Source of the DNA: Monocercomonoides exilis PA203
Lineage: Eukaryota > Protista > Preaxostyla
DNA length: 64,000 nt
Assembly (NCBI GenBank): GCA_001643675.2
Contig: LSRY02000008.1
Location: forward strand, 1,612,001-1,676,000
Direction of reading: 5' to 3'
The notes under the pieces were generated by a model that was not told the DNA's origin, made no database searches, and saw only the letters and a program-made list of their open reading frames with translations. Made by a program: the position numbers and the translations under genes. Below, in pieces: positions 1-11,943 of the stretch; position 1 is the stretch's first letter; the number at the start of each line of letters is the position of its first letter.

Positions 1-1932
1 ACATTGTATGTGAAAATTAATTTTTATCATTTCTATCTTTTCAAAAAGATCTTCAAAATAATGTTTTTGTTTTATTTTTATGATCAAAGACATGCTTGTA
101 TTCCCACAAGCTTTGTGTTTCTGTTGTTTTAAATGTTATCATTGTTGACATATTCACGATTTCAAAATTCAAAATTACAGGGTGGTCCATATTTCTTTGC
201 AAAAATATTAAAAAATGGGAAATCAAAAATAAAAATATCAAAAAATATTCGATAAAACTGAATTTTGTTTGTTAATCGGTTTGTAAACTGATCAAATACA
301 TGATAAGCTTCAATATGTTAAAGTTTGGAGCTTCCAGATATTTGAACAATTTGTTCCTGGAATACAAAAATTTTTCTGAAAATTTCAACAGATATGATTT
401 TTCAATGGTTTGATAGTTGGAAAAGGTGATTGCAATTTGTAACGACTCATAAAGGTGATTATTTTTATGAAAAATGTTTTTTAACAAAAATTAAAATACC
501 ATATTTTATTATTTTAACAAAATATTATGGACCACCCTATATTTTCTCTTTTTAATCTGTTTTCCCCCTTCATTTTTCTCATTTCACGTGAAACATGAAA
601 AATTGAATAACCTTCACAGATGGAAATGACTGAGATATTTTCTTTTCGACAATATGAGTATTGTCGAGTTCTTCAACACATTTTTCAATATCTTTTTAGT
701 GTTTGACAGATTCGATGGTTAAAGAGAAAAATAAACCCAACATCACCATTATCCGATTCGAGAGCTAAATGTTTTTATTATTAATTTTTCACAATCTCAA
801 AAACTAAGGAACTTAATTTATGATTTCATAATAACAAAAGATATCGAATAATAATTTTTTGTTCAACTTAAGTTGCATTTCAATTCTTTCCGATTTTTTC
901 CCAAAAGATTTTTATTTTCTGACAAACTGCTGCTTAATGCGATGTCATTATCAACAAATAAATAATTTGAAATGATTATTTTTATTAATACATAAAACAC
1001 TCGAATGCTTATCCAAAATGAATTAATTATTTCTGGAAACTTTCTTTTTATCTGTCAAAAGGGATTAATGTATTTTTCTTTTTATGAATTGATTGATTTT
1101 CCAATTTTTTTTTTATTTTTCTAAAATGGAACTTTTCAAAACGAACCACAGTAACATCTCTATATTTTTCACGTAACAGAAATAATGAGAAATTGGAAAA
1201 ATAATCAGATCAAAAGAAGATGATGATATTTATCCCTTTTGACAGATAAAAAGGATTTTTCCAGAAATAATTAATTCATTTTGGATAAGCATTCGAGTGT
1301 TTTATGTATTAATAAAAATTAACTTTTCAAATTATTTATTTGTTGATAATGGCATCGCATTAAGCAGCAGTCTGTCAGAAAACAAAAATTTCTTGGAAAA
1401 AAATCGGAAAGAATTGAAATGCAACTTAAGTTGAACAAAAAACTATTATTCGATATCTTTTGTTATTATGAAATCATAAATTAAGTTCCTTAGTTTTTGA
1501 GATTGTGAAAAATTAATAATAAAAACATTTAGCTCTCGAATCGGATAATGGTGATGTTGGGTTTATTTTTCTCTTTAACCATCGAATCTGTCAAACACTA
1601 AAAAGATATTGAAAAATGTGTTGAAGAACTCGACAATACTCATATTGTCGAAAAGAAAATATCTTAGTCATTTCCATCTGTGAAGGTTATTCAATTTTTC
1701 ATTTTTCACGTGAAATGAGAAAAATGAAGGGGGAAAACAGATTGAAAAGAGAAAATAATTTTGAATTTTGAAATCGTGAATATGTCAACAATGATAACAT
1801 TTAAAACAACAGAAACACAAAGCTTGTGGGAATACAAGCATGTCTTTGATCATAAAAATAAAACAAAAACATTATTTTGAAGATCTTTTTGAAAAGATAG
1901 AAATGATAAAAATTAATTTTCACATACAATGT
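1..1932. repeat. Palindrome P0, truncated by the window edge; centre ~1148, imperfect core ~1040-1257
   Basis: 1-177 is the reverse complement of ~1756-1932, and 542-1039 of ~1258-1755, with scattered substitutions. The left arm carries an extra insertion at 178-539. Confidence 0.95.
178..539. mobile_element. Tc1/mariner-superfamily-like MITE, 362 bp, TA target-site duplication
   Basis: TA|CAGGGTGGTCCATA ... TATGGACCACCCTA|TA: 14-bp TIR with one terminal mismatch. The mirror arm has the empty site with a single TA (rc of ~1745-1770 = caaaattcaaaatTAttttctctttt). Confidence 0.9.
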
Positions 1933-1967
1933 CACATCATATTTCAAAGATATTTGCGTATATATTA

Positions 1968-2224
1968 TGGGTTATCTTTTTTGAAATCAAATTATTTCTG
2001 TTAAAAATTTCGGTTTGAATATTTGTTTTGAGTATTCATAAATGAACACTAAAAAGTGATGGATCCGTTTTATGACGCCTCTACTATTTTTTCGTATCTA
2101 GCTTTGGCTTTTGTAATAATTGACATGCATTCAACATTCAGATGAAAATTATTTGGCTAATGACGAGAAACCTTTGGATATTCAACACACCGATAAAAGT
2201 TATGATTTGAAAAATAATTACCTA
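1968..2224. mobile_element. ~257-bp MITE family (TIR consensus TGGGTGATTATTTTTGAAATCATA), copy 1
   Basis: Degenerate TIRs tgggttatcttttttgaaatc / gatttgaaaaataattaccta, flanked by TA. Same length as, and internally homologous to, 62678-62934 (aaaaatttcggt, aaaagtga, catgc, caacacaccgataaaagttatgattt). Confidence 0.75.
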
Positions 2225-2867
2225 TATATATTCAAAAAATTTTTAAATGAAAATTAATAATAATAATAATAATAATAAAAGGAAAAAAAAAGTCACTAAT
2301 ATAATTCTGACATTATCTTCCAGAAGGCAAAAAAATATAAAAAAAAATATCACCAGAAAAAAATATTGTTGTGATGTGTAACATCAACTCATTGAAGGAG
2401 ATTGCAATAGATTTACACAGAATCATGATCTTAATAATCGCTTTTATGAGAACAAGGTCAGGATATAGCGCATAGTACAGAACTTAGCCCACGCCTTTTT
2501 AAAGAAGCAAATAATTAATCACCGTTTATCAAATTAATATCACCTTGAGTCAAATGAATCATGGAAAATACAATCGGTCTTATCAAAAACATAAATTTTA
2601 GAAGTTGAAATCAAAGTTATCAGCAAGCAGATCTGCTGGCTGTTTAATAAATAAATTCAGATAAAATAACAATGGCTCGTAAAACAGAGCTCTCCTTTCT
2701 CGCTCTCCTCCTTTTTCAAAAGAAAAAAAATATTCTATTTGCTATTTGTAATAAAGTTAGCTTATTTTTTCCTGTTGATATACCTCCCTTTTCACACAGC
2801 CTTATTCCAATAAAAATCATTCGCCTCTTAAATGCTTGTGCTGCTATCTTATAAATTCTCAAATGAT

Positions 2868-4433
2868 TCATACCAAAAATACATCTACGTACCCATCATT
2901 CCACTTACCCCAGCTGTCGTGCCAACCAAAGTAAATGGCGTCTTCTCTCGTGCTAAAGAAGAAGAAAAGAAAAAGAAGAAGAAAAGAAGAAGAAAAAGAA
3001 GAAATCTTTCCTGTTCCAATGACCGAAATCTTCTTTGATCCAATCACAATTATTGCTGCCTCACTTATGTGTTCCCCTTCCATCAGCGTAACAGACAGGC
3101 TCACCTGGATCTTGCTCTTATCAACTGCAACACCAATGGTTCTGCATGCACTTGGCTCATCCAATCCACACAACTCTTCTTCACCACCACCACTCACTGC
3201 CACAAATCGGTTGAGAATCCCTCTCTTCAGCCAATCATTTTTTGATGTTTCGTCATATGCCCAACTCCCCGAATTCGATGCATTGTATGCGTAGCACACT
3301 CTCTTGTCATCTGTGTTTGTGGTGTAACATTCATAGAATGGATTTCCTGAATTCAAATAGAGATTAAAATGATCTCCATATACCATATCGTGACCATAAG
3401 GAGGATTGGCCGAACATTTGCATTCACATTTATGGAAAAAAAGAAAATAACAATAGAAGCCATCATCTGGTGCCGTTGACAATTTCGGTTCCAATCTCAT
3501 TCCTCCTCCATACCCCATTGCCGAGCACGAAATGAACTGAATATTCCTCATTTTGAATTGAAAAGGAACGCCGTAGCAGTAAATGCCTCCTCCATGATAA
3601 GTTGAAACTGAGCATGAAGTGAAACAGCAGTCAAACACACACGCACTTTCCCCTTCTCCACTTTCTGTTCCAATGCACCCTGTTCCTGAAACATCAAAAG
3701 TATGAAGCAAAAGCCCTCCTCCTTGACTGTTTGCTTTACAATTCTGGAATTCACATCCACTGATCCGAACACACGTTGAAATCGTAAAAGCATACATTCC
3801 TCCCCCCAATTGATTTTGCGCGGTGCATGAATTGAAAGAATTGTTCATAACCTCAACGGATTTTATATTATAGCACATTATTCCCCCTCCCCGGCTGTAT
3901 GCAATGCATCCATTGAACACGCAATGCGAAACAGACACCGATGCCGACGACTGGCTGTACATGCAGATTGCCCCTCCGCTTGATATTCCATCAGCATACG
4001 AGTCGCTTTCTCCTGTTGTCCTCGATCCATCCCACTCGCACCAAGTGAATGAATTTGCTCCATTTTCTGTTTCGTTTTGTCTCCCTGGCTGTTTCTTATT
4101 GTCTTCAGTTCCAGCGCATTCAACATTTCTTGTCCTGCAGCATCCGATGAATGATGTGTTTGAGGCAGACAATGAAGCTAAAGGATTGTTGAAGGAATGA
4201 ACAATCCAGCCATCATATGCATCACAAACAGACGAAAATGAGCAGCTGCACATCATATATGAGGTTTGGGTTGATGTAGTTGCTGGGGACGGACAATCTG
4301 AAGATGCTGTTAAAATGTTAAAAAAAATGAGTTTGGAGAGAGAAGCAAAGGGCATCGAGGGAGTTGAGAGGAATGGACAAAAAGAATAGAGGTGTGATTC
4401 ATTCACAATAATTCTTCCTTTCTCTTCACCCAT
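2868..4433 (-). CDS. Cassette A: Cys-rich GGG-repeat parallel beta-helix-like surface protein core (possibly silent)
   Basis: 521-aa ORF with family motifs NTSF.GCCR, FTWCEW, GGAIC, RISGCEFQNCKA, ESACVFDC, YFLFFH, GNPFYECYTTNTD, KKISVIG. The tail is Ser/Phe low complexity. Confidence 0.8.
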   Translation of the reverse strand: MGEEKGRIIVNESHLYSFCPFLSTPSMPFASLSKLIFFNILTASSDCPSPATTSTQTSYMMCSCSFSSVCDAYDGWIVHSFNNPLASLSASNTSFIGCCRTRNVECAGTEDNKKQPGRQNETENGANSFTWCEWDGSRTTGESDSYADGISSGGAICMYSQSSASVSVSHCVFNGCIAYSRGGGIMCYNIKSVEVMNNSFNSCTAQNQLGGGMYAFTISTCVRISGCEFQNCKANSQGGGLLLHTFDVSGTGCIGTESGEGESACVFDCCFTSCSVSTYHGGGIYCYGVPFQFKMRNIQFISCSAMGYGGGMRLEPKLSTAPDDGFYCYFLFFHKCECKCSANPPYGHDMVYGDHFNLYLNSGNPFYECYTTNTDDKRVCYAYNASNSGSWAYDETSKNDWLKRGILNRFVAVSGGGEEELCGLDEPSACRTIGVAVDKSKIQVSLSVTLMEGEHISEAAIIVIGSKKISVIGTGKISSFSSSFLLLFLFFFFSTREDAIYFGWHDSWGKWNDGYVDVFLV

Positions 4434-4870
4434 TTACTATGTGCTTCTCTTGTATCTATCCGCAATTTTGTAATAAACTCGGAAAAGTTCAAATTCCATT
4501 TTCCTGCCTCTTTTGCACCTTCTGAAAAGTTTTTTGTAAAATAATAGAAATGCATCTTTCCCTTCAGCGCCTCAAAATGGAAATGCATTCCAACATTCTT
4601 CCTCATCTGTCTTTCCACAAAATCGCTTTTTTGGCTGTTGTCATCTTTTGCCTTCTTTCCAGCATCTCTCATTCCATATGTTTTCATCGGCTGTAAATCT
4701 TCTCGCTTAAATGTCCTAATTTCAGAATAAAATAATAAAATAATATTTATTATTTATTAAAAATAAATTCATGCCTTTTATAACAATCAATTTTCATGGC
4801 TTCTTTCTTTCTTTATTCTTCACATATTTTCCCTTTCAATCAACTCATCCATCTGCCTCATCTACGCTGC

Positions 4871-6421
4871 TCATCTGATTGCAGAATGAATTGATTCATT
4901 TCTGCTTCCAGCGGAATAACTCCAACAGACAAAAATCTTAAAAACAGGCAATAACAGTGATGAAAAAGATAAAGAAGAGAATGATGAAATACAAAAATTT
5001 GTTTCTGTTCCAATCGAACATGTTTCTCTTCTTTTCCCAATGACTGAAATCTTCTTTTCTCCAATCTCAATTGTTTCTGTCTCGCTTGTGTGATTCCCTT
5101 CCATCAGCGTAACAGACAGGCTCACTTGAATCACGCTCCGAATGACTGCAACACCAATGGTTCTGCATGCATATGATTCATTCACCCCACACAGATCTTC
5201 TTCACCACCTCCGCTTACAGCCACAAACCGATTGAGAATCCCTCTCTTCAGCCATTCCTTCTTTTCCGTGTGCTGAAATGTCCAACTTGTTGAACTCGAT
5301 GCAATATATCCATAGCACACTCTCTGATCATCTGTGTTTGTTGTGTAACATTCATGGAACGGATTCCCAGAATCCAAATATAAATTGTAATTATCTAAGT
5401 ATATCATATCGTGACCATGTGGAGGATCACCCAAGCATTTGCATTCATGGAAGAAGAGGAAATAGCAATAAAGCCCATTAGCTGGCACAGTTTTTTTTTC
5501 TGGCTCCAAATGAAATCCACCTCCCCTGGTCGATGCATTACACGAAATAAACCTGACGCTTCTAATCTTGAATTGATTGGGAACATTTCTGCAATACATG
5601 CCTCCACCCCATGTGCTTGTAATTGAACATGAAGTGAAACTGCAGTCAAACACACACGCGCTCTCTCCTCCTCCACTTTCTGTTCCAATGCATCCTTGTA
5701 CTGAAACCTGAAAATCATTAAGATAAAGTCCTCCTCCATAGCCATTTGCTTTACAATCCTGGAATTCACATCCGCTGATACGAACACATGTTGTAATTGC
5801 CACAACGCACATCCCTCCTCCAGCATTTCTTTGAGCTGTGCATGAGTTGAACGAATTGTTTTCAATCTCAACAGATTTAATATTTGCACACAATATTCCA
5901 CCTCCATCCCAATAAGCAAAACAGTTGTTGAATGAACAATGTGAAACTGATGCAGTGGCAGATGACTGATTGTACATACAAATTGCCCCTCCATTTGAGA
6001 CCCCATCGGTGTGAGTATTATTTGTTCCAGTCGTATTTGATCCATTCCACTCGCACCAAATAAATGAATTTTCTCCATTTTCTGTTTCATTCTGTCTCCC
6101 TGGAGTCAGCTTGTTGTCTGCAGTTCCTTCACATACAACATTTCTTGCCCGACAACACCCAACGAATGAGGTGTTTGACGCAGACAATGAAGCTAAAGGA
6201 TTGTTGAGGGAATGAACAATCCCTCCATCATACCCATTGCAAACTGATGAAAATGTGCAGCTGCTCATCAGACATGTAGCTTGGGTTGACATTGTGGTTG
6301 AAGGTGAACATGCCTCATTTGCTGTTGATATATTGAAAAATGTCAGGTGAGATAGGGATATAAGGGTAATGAAGATTGATGAGAGGAATGGGGTTGAAGA
6401 TTGGATAAGAGATTCTCTCAC
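4871..6421 (-). CDS. Cassette B, same family
   Basis: 516-aa ORF. The 5' part mirrors cassette E (outer P1 arm), the middle is near-identical to G, and the 3' module is identical in protein to H. Non-ATG start and decayed tail. Confidence 0.8.
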   Translation of the reverse strand: MRESLIQSSTPFLSSIFITLISLSHLTFFNISTANEACSPSTTMSTQATCLMSSCTFSSVCNGYDGGIVHSLNNPLASLSASNTSFVGCCRARNVVCEGTADNKLTPGRQNETENGENSFIWCEWNGSNTTGTNNTHTDGVSNGGAICMYNQSSATASVSHCSFNNCFAYWDGGGILCANIKSVEIENNSFNSCTAQRNAGGGMCVVAITTCVRISGCEFQDCKANGYGGGLYLNDFQVSVQGCIGTESGGGESACVFDCSFTSCSITSTWGGGMYCRNVPNQFKIRSVRFISCNASTRGGGFHLEPEKKTVPANGLYCYFLFFHECKCLGDPPHGHDMIYLDNYNLYLDSGNPFHECYTTNTDDQRVCYGYIASSSTSWTFQHTEKKEWLKRGILNRFVAVSGGGEEDLCGVNESYACRTIGVAVIRSVIQVSLSVTLMEGNHTSETETIEIGEKKISVIGKRRETCSIGTETNFCISSFSSLSFSSLLLPVFKIFVCWSYSAGSRNESIHSAIR

Positions 6422-9400
6422 AGAAATTTCTTTCCTTCAACGTTTCCTTCTCTTCCCCTTCATTCAGAAAAATTTTGCAAAATATCCCAATAAGTTTCAG
6501 TATCTTTTTTTGTCTTCGCTCGCCTCTTCTGATAGGAATGTTATCGCCTAAATCTTTTTTTTTTCCTTCTGTTTCCGTTTTCTTCCTTCTTTCCATATTC
6601 CATTCGCATTCATCCCTTTTGGATATTCATGCAAAACTCCCTGTCATCATAAAAAAAAAAAAGAAAAAAAATATTTTAAATGTAATACAAAATATCACAA
6701 ACCAGTACCATTTTCCTTTCGCAATCTGCTTCCTTTTCTTCATCTTCATATCCTTCTTGACTTCCTGTCACATTTCTTCTTCAGCCATTTCCTCAATTTT
6801 CCGATTACTCTTTTCTGTCGCTTCCCCTCCTTCTTTTTCAAATCGCTGCACAAATCTTCAAAGCCCTCCTCTTCCATTCATTTCATTGATTTCCTCCAGC
6901 TCATTCTTCGATATTCTCAAAAAAATTGTGTTGCCTGCTTTCTCAAAAGCATCAAATGTGCTCTTTTCCCCATGTTCATTCATTGCCTGAAAATGTCCTT
7001 CCATAAATCTTAATCTCTCAAAATAAATAAAAATAAATATGTGAAAAATTGGAGAAAAAAAATTAATACAAAACAAACTCTAAAAATATGTTTATTGCCA
7101 ATCTTCACACACTTTCTTCTTCTTCTTCGAGTGCCTCTCAAAATATTGTTCTTTTCTGCCAACAAAACTCGCCTTTTTTGCTTCTGCTGCCTATCTCAAC
7201 ATCAATGAAATCAATTCTGTTCTGCTTCCAAAAACTTGCTTTATTTCCAATTCTTGGCACTGATTCCACTCGAATAATACACAAATAATAAAAATGCTTC
7301 AATATAATTTTAATGAAGATGAGGATGATGATGACAGCGATGATGGCAATGACAGAGATGAAGATGATAAAGGTGGTGAATGCGATGTTATTTTCAAGTT
7401 TGAATACTATACATCTTCTGTCAGAAGATATTCTCAGCATCACTGCCTCGTTCTCTGCTCTTGTGAATAACGTTTCAATGATAGAAGGCTGAAGACAAAG
7501 GTCAAACGATAAAAGTCCATTTTGCCTGTAATTTGCCTCCAGCTGCCGTATTACGCAAAACTGTCCGTTTTTCTCGTTTTTTCGCCTCTCAACCCAAGCA
7601 ATGAAAAGCAGTTCCATCGCTCCCCTTGGTCCGTAAAATCAATGTCTTGCCCTTCTTCTCCAAAGAAAGGCTCCTTGTTCTGTCCAAACTGATTTCAATC
7701 TCCTGTTTCAGTTATTTGCCCCAATCTTTCCAACAAACTTAAAAATGAAAATGTCTTCTTCCTCTTTTTAAAAAACGCTCCCTTTTCATTGAATTTGGTT
7801 ATTCTTCCTTTTTGCCTTGGATATCTTCCAACCCCGTTGATTTCTGCTCCATTAAATTTCATTTTTCATCACATTTCTATCGATTGTGCATGTTGAGTTA
7901 ATAACAAGTCACATAAACATTTATGATAAAATACATTCTGGCTCTAATATATTTGTAACATAACATTTGTCTCGCTTCCTCGCTGTTCTGCTCTGCATGG
8001 AATAAATTGTTCATTTTAAATAAGTTGTCTGAATCACGACTTTGGAGAGGTTACGGATGATAACATCTTCACAATCAACAGAACAATAAAAATTACATAC
8101 ATTGAAAATTCATCATTTCCATCGAAAATATTGTTGCTCCACAGCCATTCATCAATCAATATGAACAATTTCATCTTTCATCAAGCAAACATTCTTTTGT
8201 AATACCCCACATTTTCACTGGAAATATATCATTTAGTCAACCTGTCTTTGTTTAAACCTCGGAATCTGACCCCGTTGACAGTTTCTGAGCATTTGACATT
8301 GCTTGATCATGTTCCATAACGAATAAGAGCCACAAAAGAAAAGAAAGTCCTACTCGATGTGCCGTGGCTGAATGGGCATATGAAGACAATGCGATAACAA
8401 TAGGATGGATTTGTGGTATGGGGTGAAGGAGTTGAGTTCTTGGAGGAGGCAGGGTTTAGAGAGGGAATGGAACGATTAAAGGATGGTTTTTTTGGGGGGA
8501 GAAAGAGGTGTTTTTGGGAGGTTTAAGAGGCATAATGGATGTGTAGGAGATGGATAGGGATAGACTTTTGTGGGGTAGTTTTTTCGATTTTTGTGAGTTG
8601 GAAGGTGTGGAAGTTGCGTTTATTATTTGAGAAAAGGAATTTGCTGTTGAGGAGGTGGGATAAGAGGGAACAGAGGGGAAGAAGATGAGTGGGGCTAATG
8701 GAATATATTTATTGGAGGAGAGGATTAGAGATGGAAAGGAAATGGAGAGATATGTGGAGGAGGTGTTTTTTTTTTTCAAATGCAGAGAGAGAGGGGGTTC
8801 ATATGGGGCAGGGCAAGAGGGAGAGTATTTGCGAACTGATGTTTGATAAGAAAGAGAAGTGGGGTTGAAGAAAAAAAAGTGAAGAAAAATTTTCTTCATA
8901 TTTTTATATAATTTATTTTGCGAACCGTTTGGCCGCGCCTCTCATTTGCAGGGCAAGTGTTGGAGGCGGAGGTGGAGAAAGACAGGAAGAAGGAACATCA
9001 GCGCTGGCACTTTGCATTGGAGGTGTGGAGACAGAGGAAGATGAAGGGCTGACAATGAGAGAGTATTTTGCAATGGAAAGAGACAGAAAAAGGATGGAGG
9101 TATTTATTTATTTATTTATTTTTTTGGTTGGAAGAAGGGCATGGGAGATGAGGAGACAGGGATTGTGATATTTGGTGGAGGGGCGTTGATATTTTAGAGG
9201 AAATGGAGAGAAGAAGAAGGCAATACAGCGGAAAGGGATGGGAAGGGGTTATTCTGATGGAATTATCTTCTTTTCCAGTTTTTTACAGAACGGAGTTTGT
9301 GAAGTTATTCAAGTGGAAATAAGACCAAGGATTGGAAGTAAATGATTTTTAGGAGTAGAAAGGAGCGAAGAAGGGGCAGATGGGCTTTGTTCGGTGAAAG

Positions 9401-9772
9401 AAGCGATATTTTGAAAGGTGCAAGAGGAAGAAGAGGAAGATACGATGAGAAAAGAAAATTCGAGCCAGAAGGTTAATATTCATGTTTATATCTTCAATGA
9501 GTCTGCGGATTGATTTTGATATATTTTTTAATATTTGAGCATTTTAATCATCAGAAGATTCTCTTGTTGTTCATCGGGCATTGGGATGGTTTGAGGAAAC
9601 ATGAACAGCCGGATTTGGATTTGCCCTTTTGAAAGAGAGGCTTTTTCCAAATATTCCAGAGAGAGAAAGAGAGAAGGAAAGAGAGAGAGAGAGAAAGAGA
9701 AAGAGAAAGAGAGAAATAAAAATAAAAATAAAGATAGAGCAGAAGATGGTAAATGAGGAATTATTTTGAGGA

Positions 9773-10075
9773 ATGTGTTTGATAGAAAAGGTGAAGGCCA
9801 TTTTCAGCAAAATGGAATTTGTATTTGAAGATTCTATTTGGATGTCTGGAGGAGATTCATTTTATAAGGAGTGGGGGAGGCAAAAGAGGGAGAGAAAAGA
9901 GAGCAGAGGGATAGGGATATTGAGGAACAACACATTGAAGAGATGGATGCGATGGGAGTGAAGGCAGAAAGGAACAACAATTGGGGAGGAGCAAAAAGAA
10001 GAAGAAGAAGAAGAAGAAGAAGAAGAAGAAGAAGAAGGGATAGTCAGCGAAGTGTGACCATTGTTAAAGGTGTGG
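9773..10075 (+). pseudogene. Decayed 5' fragment of a family cassette (mirror copy at ~24475-24773, minus strand)
   Basis: Translation GIGILRNNTLKRWMRWE matches SIGVLRNITLKGWRRGGE of cassettes D and I. It is broken by stops and followed by microsatellites, with no core. Confidence 0.55.
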
Positions 10076-10089
10076 ATTTGTTTATTTTG

Positions 10090-10204
10090 TTTTTCATCAT
10101 ATTTTTCATCATATTTTTTCATCATATTTTTCATCATATTTTTTCATCATATTTTTTCATCATATTTTTTCATCATATTTTTTCATCATATTTTTCATCA
10201 TATT
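10090..10204 (+). repeat. 13-bp minisatellite (TTTTTTCATCATA) x ~9
   Basis: Read directly from the sequence; units are 12-13 bp here and a regular 13 bp in the mirror copy. Confidence 0.95.
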
Positions 10205-10540
10205 TGTTATTTTTCCACCTCCACCTCCATCGAATTAAGAATTTTGCTTGGATATATTCTGTGAATGAATGAATGAATATGGAACATGGAAAGATTGCCA
10301 TTTGAAGGGTATTTTTGGAATGATGGCTGAGATGAATGAATGAAAGGGGTGAATAGAGGAGTGAGCAGGTGCAAAAATTGAAAGGGAGAAAAGAGGAGGG
10401 ATTTGAAGATTTGAACAGCGATTTGAAAAGAAGGAGTCGAAGCGATCGAATAAAGATCGGAAAACCGATGAAGCAATAAAAGGAGACATTTGGCTCAAGA
10501 TTGAGAAGAGGAAAAGAAATTTTATGAGGATGATGAGAAA

Positions 10541-11392
10541 AGAAGGGGAAGAAGAAGGGGAAGAAGAGGGGGAAGAAGAAGGGGAAGAAGAGGGGGAAGA
10601 AGAAGGGAAAAAGAAGTGGAAGAAGAAGGGGAAGAAGAAGGGGAAGAAGAAGGGGAAGAAGAGGGGAAGAAGAAGGGGAAGAAGAGGGGGAAAAAGAAGG
10701 GGAAGAAGAAGGGGAAGAAGAGGGGAAGAAGAAGGGGAAGAAGAGGGGGAAGAAGAAGGGGAAGAAGAAGGGGAAGAAGAAGGGGAAGAAGAAGGGGAAA
10801 AAGAAGTGGAAGAAGAAGGAAGAAGAAGGGGAAGAAGAGGGGGAAAAAGAAGGGGAAGAAGAAGGGGAAGAAGAAGGGGAAGAAGAAGGGGAAGAAGAGG
10901 GGGAAGAAGAAGGGGAAGAAGAGGGGGAAGAAGAAGGGGAAGAAGAAGGGGAAAAAGAAGTGGAAGAAGAAGGGGAAGAAGAGGGGAAAAAGAAGGGGAA
11001 GAAGAAGGGGAAGAAGAAGGGGAAGAAGAGGGGGAAGAAGAAGGGGAAGAAGAGGGGGAAGAAGAAGGGGAAGAAGAGGGGGAAGAAGAAGGGGAAGAAG
11101 AAGGGGAAGAAGAAGGGGAAGAAGAGGGGGAAGAAGAAGGGGAAGAAGAGGGGGAAGAAGAAGGGGAAGAAGAGGGGGAAGAAGAAGGGGAAAAGAAGTG
11201 GAAGAAGAAGGGGAAGAAGAAGGGGAAGAAGAAGGGAAAAAGAAGGGGAAGAAGAAGGGGAAAAAGAAGGGGAAAAAGAAGGGGAAGAAGAAGGGGAAGA
11301 AGAAGGGGAAGAAGAGGGGGAAGAAGAGGGGGAAGAAGAAGGGGAAGAAGAAGGGGAAGAAGAAGGGAAGAAGAAGGGAAGAAGAAGGGAAG
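10541..11392 (+). repeat. Polypurine 12-bp minisatellite (GAAGAAGAAGGG)n, ~850 bp
   Basis: Almost pure A/G tract. It produces the EEEG, KKKG and RRRG ORFs in three frames. Confidence 0.97.
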
Positions 11393-11943
11393 ATTGCGAA
11401 AAGTGAATGGTGCTGGTTTTCCGTATGTTTTATATTTAGTTTTAAATATTTTATTTCGAATTAATTTTCATATTTTCTTTCATATGTATATATTATGTGT
11501 ATTTCTTGATATTTAATTTAATATTTCTTCAGTTTTTTATTTCTTTCATATTTTTCTCCCATTTTTTTTTAAAAGATGATAAGATATTTGCTGAAATTTC
11601 AATGGAAATAGATGCGAATGGAATTTTGAAAGAAGGCAAAAGAAGAAAACAGTCGAAAAGAGAGAGATTTTGTTGAATGCGGATAGCGAAGTGCATTGGA
11701 ATGCTGTTTCTGATTGGTGATATTGAAGGGGGAAAATGCTTTTCTATTTTTTAATAAGATTCATTTAAAAAGCAGGATAAGAGAAAGAAGAAATTGGAGC
11801 AAACTTACAGGGATATTTTTTCGAGATTGCGCTCAGAGGCAAGGCAAGCTGATTGGAGGGAAATATCAGAAAATGGCAAATAAGTGAATATGAAGGAAGA
11901 ATTACAGTGAGAGAATCAAGCCCTATTCCTTTCAACTCCCTCA

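Noticed and set aside
10090-10204. CRISPR array
   Set aside because: It is a tandem 13-bp repeat without unique spacers, there are no cas genes, and the context is eukaryotic.
10524-11516. Long EEEG/KKKG/RRRG ORFs (and 23521-24018) as real proteins
   Set aside because: A nearly pure purine repeat cannot contain stop codons, so all frames are open; length and frame also differ between the arms.
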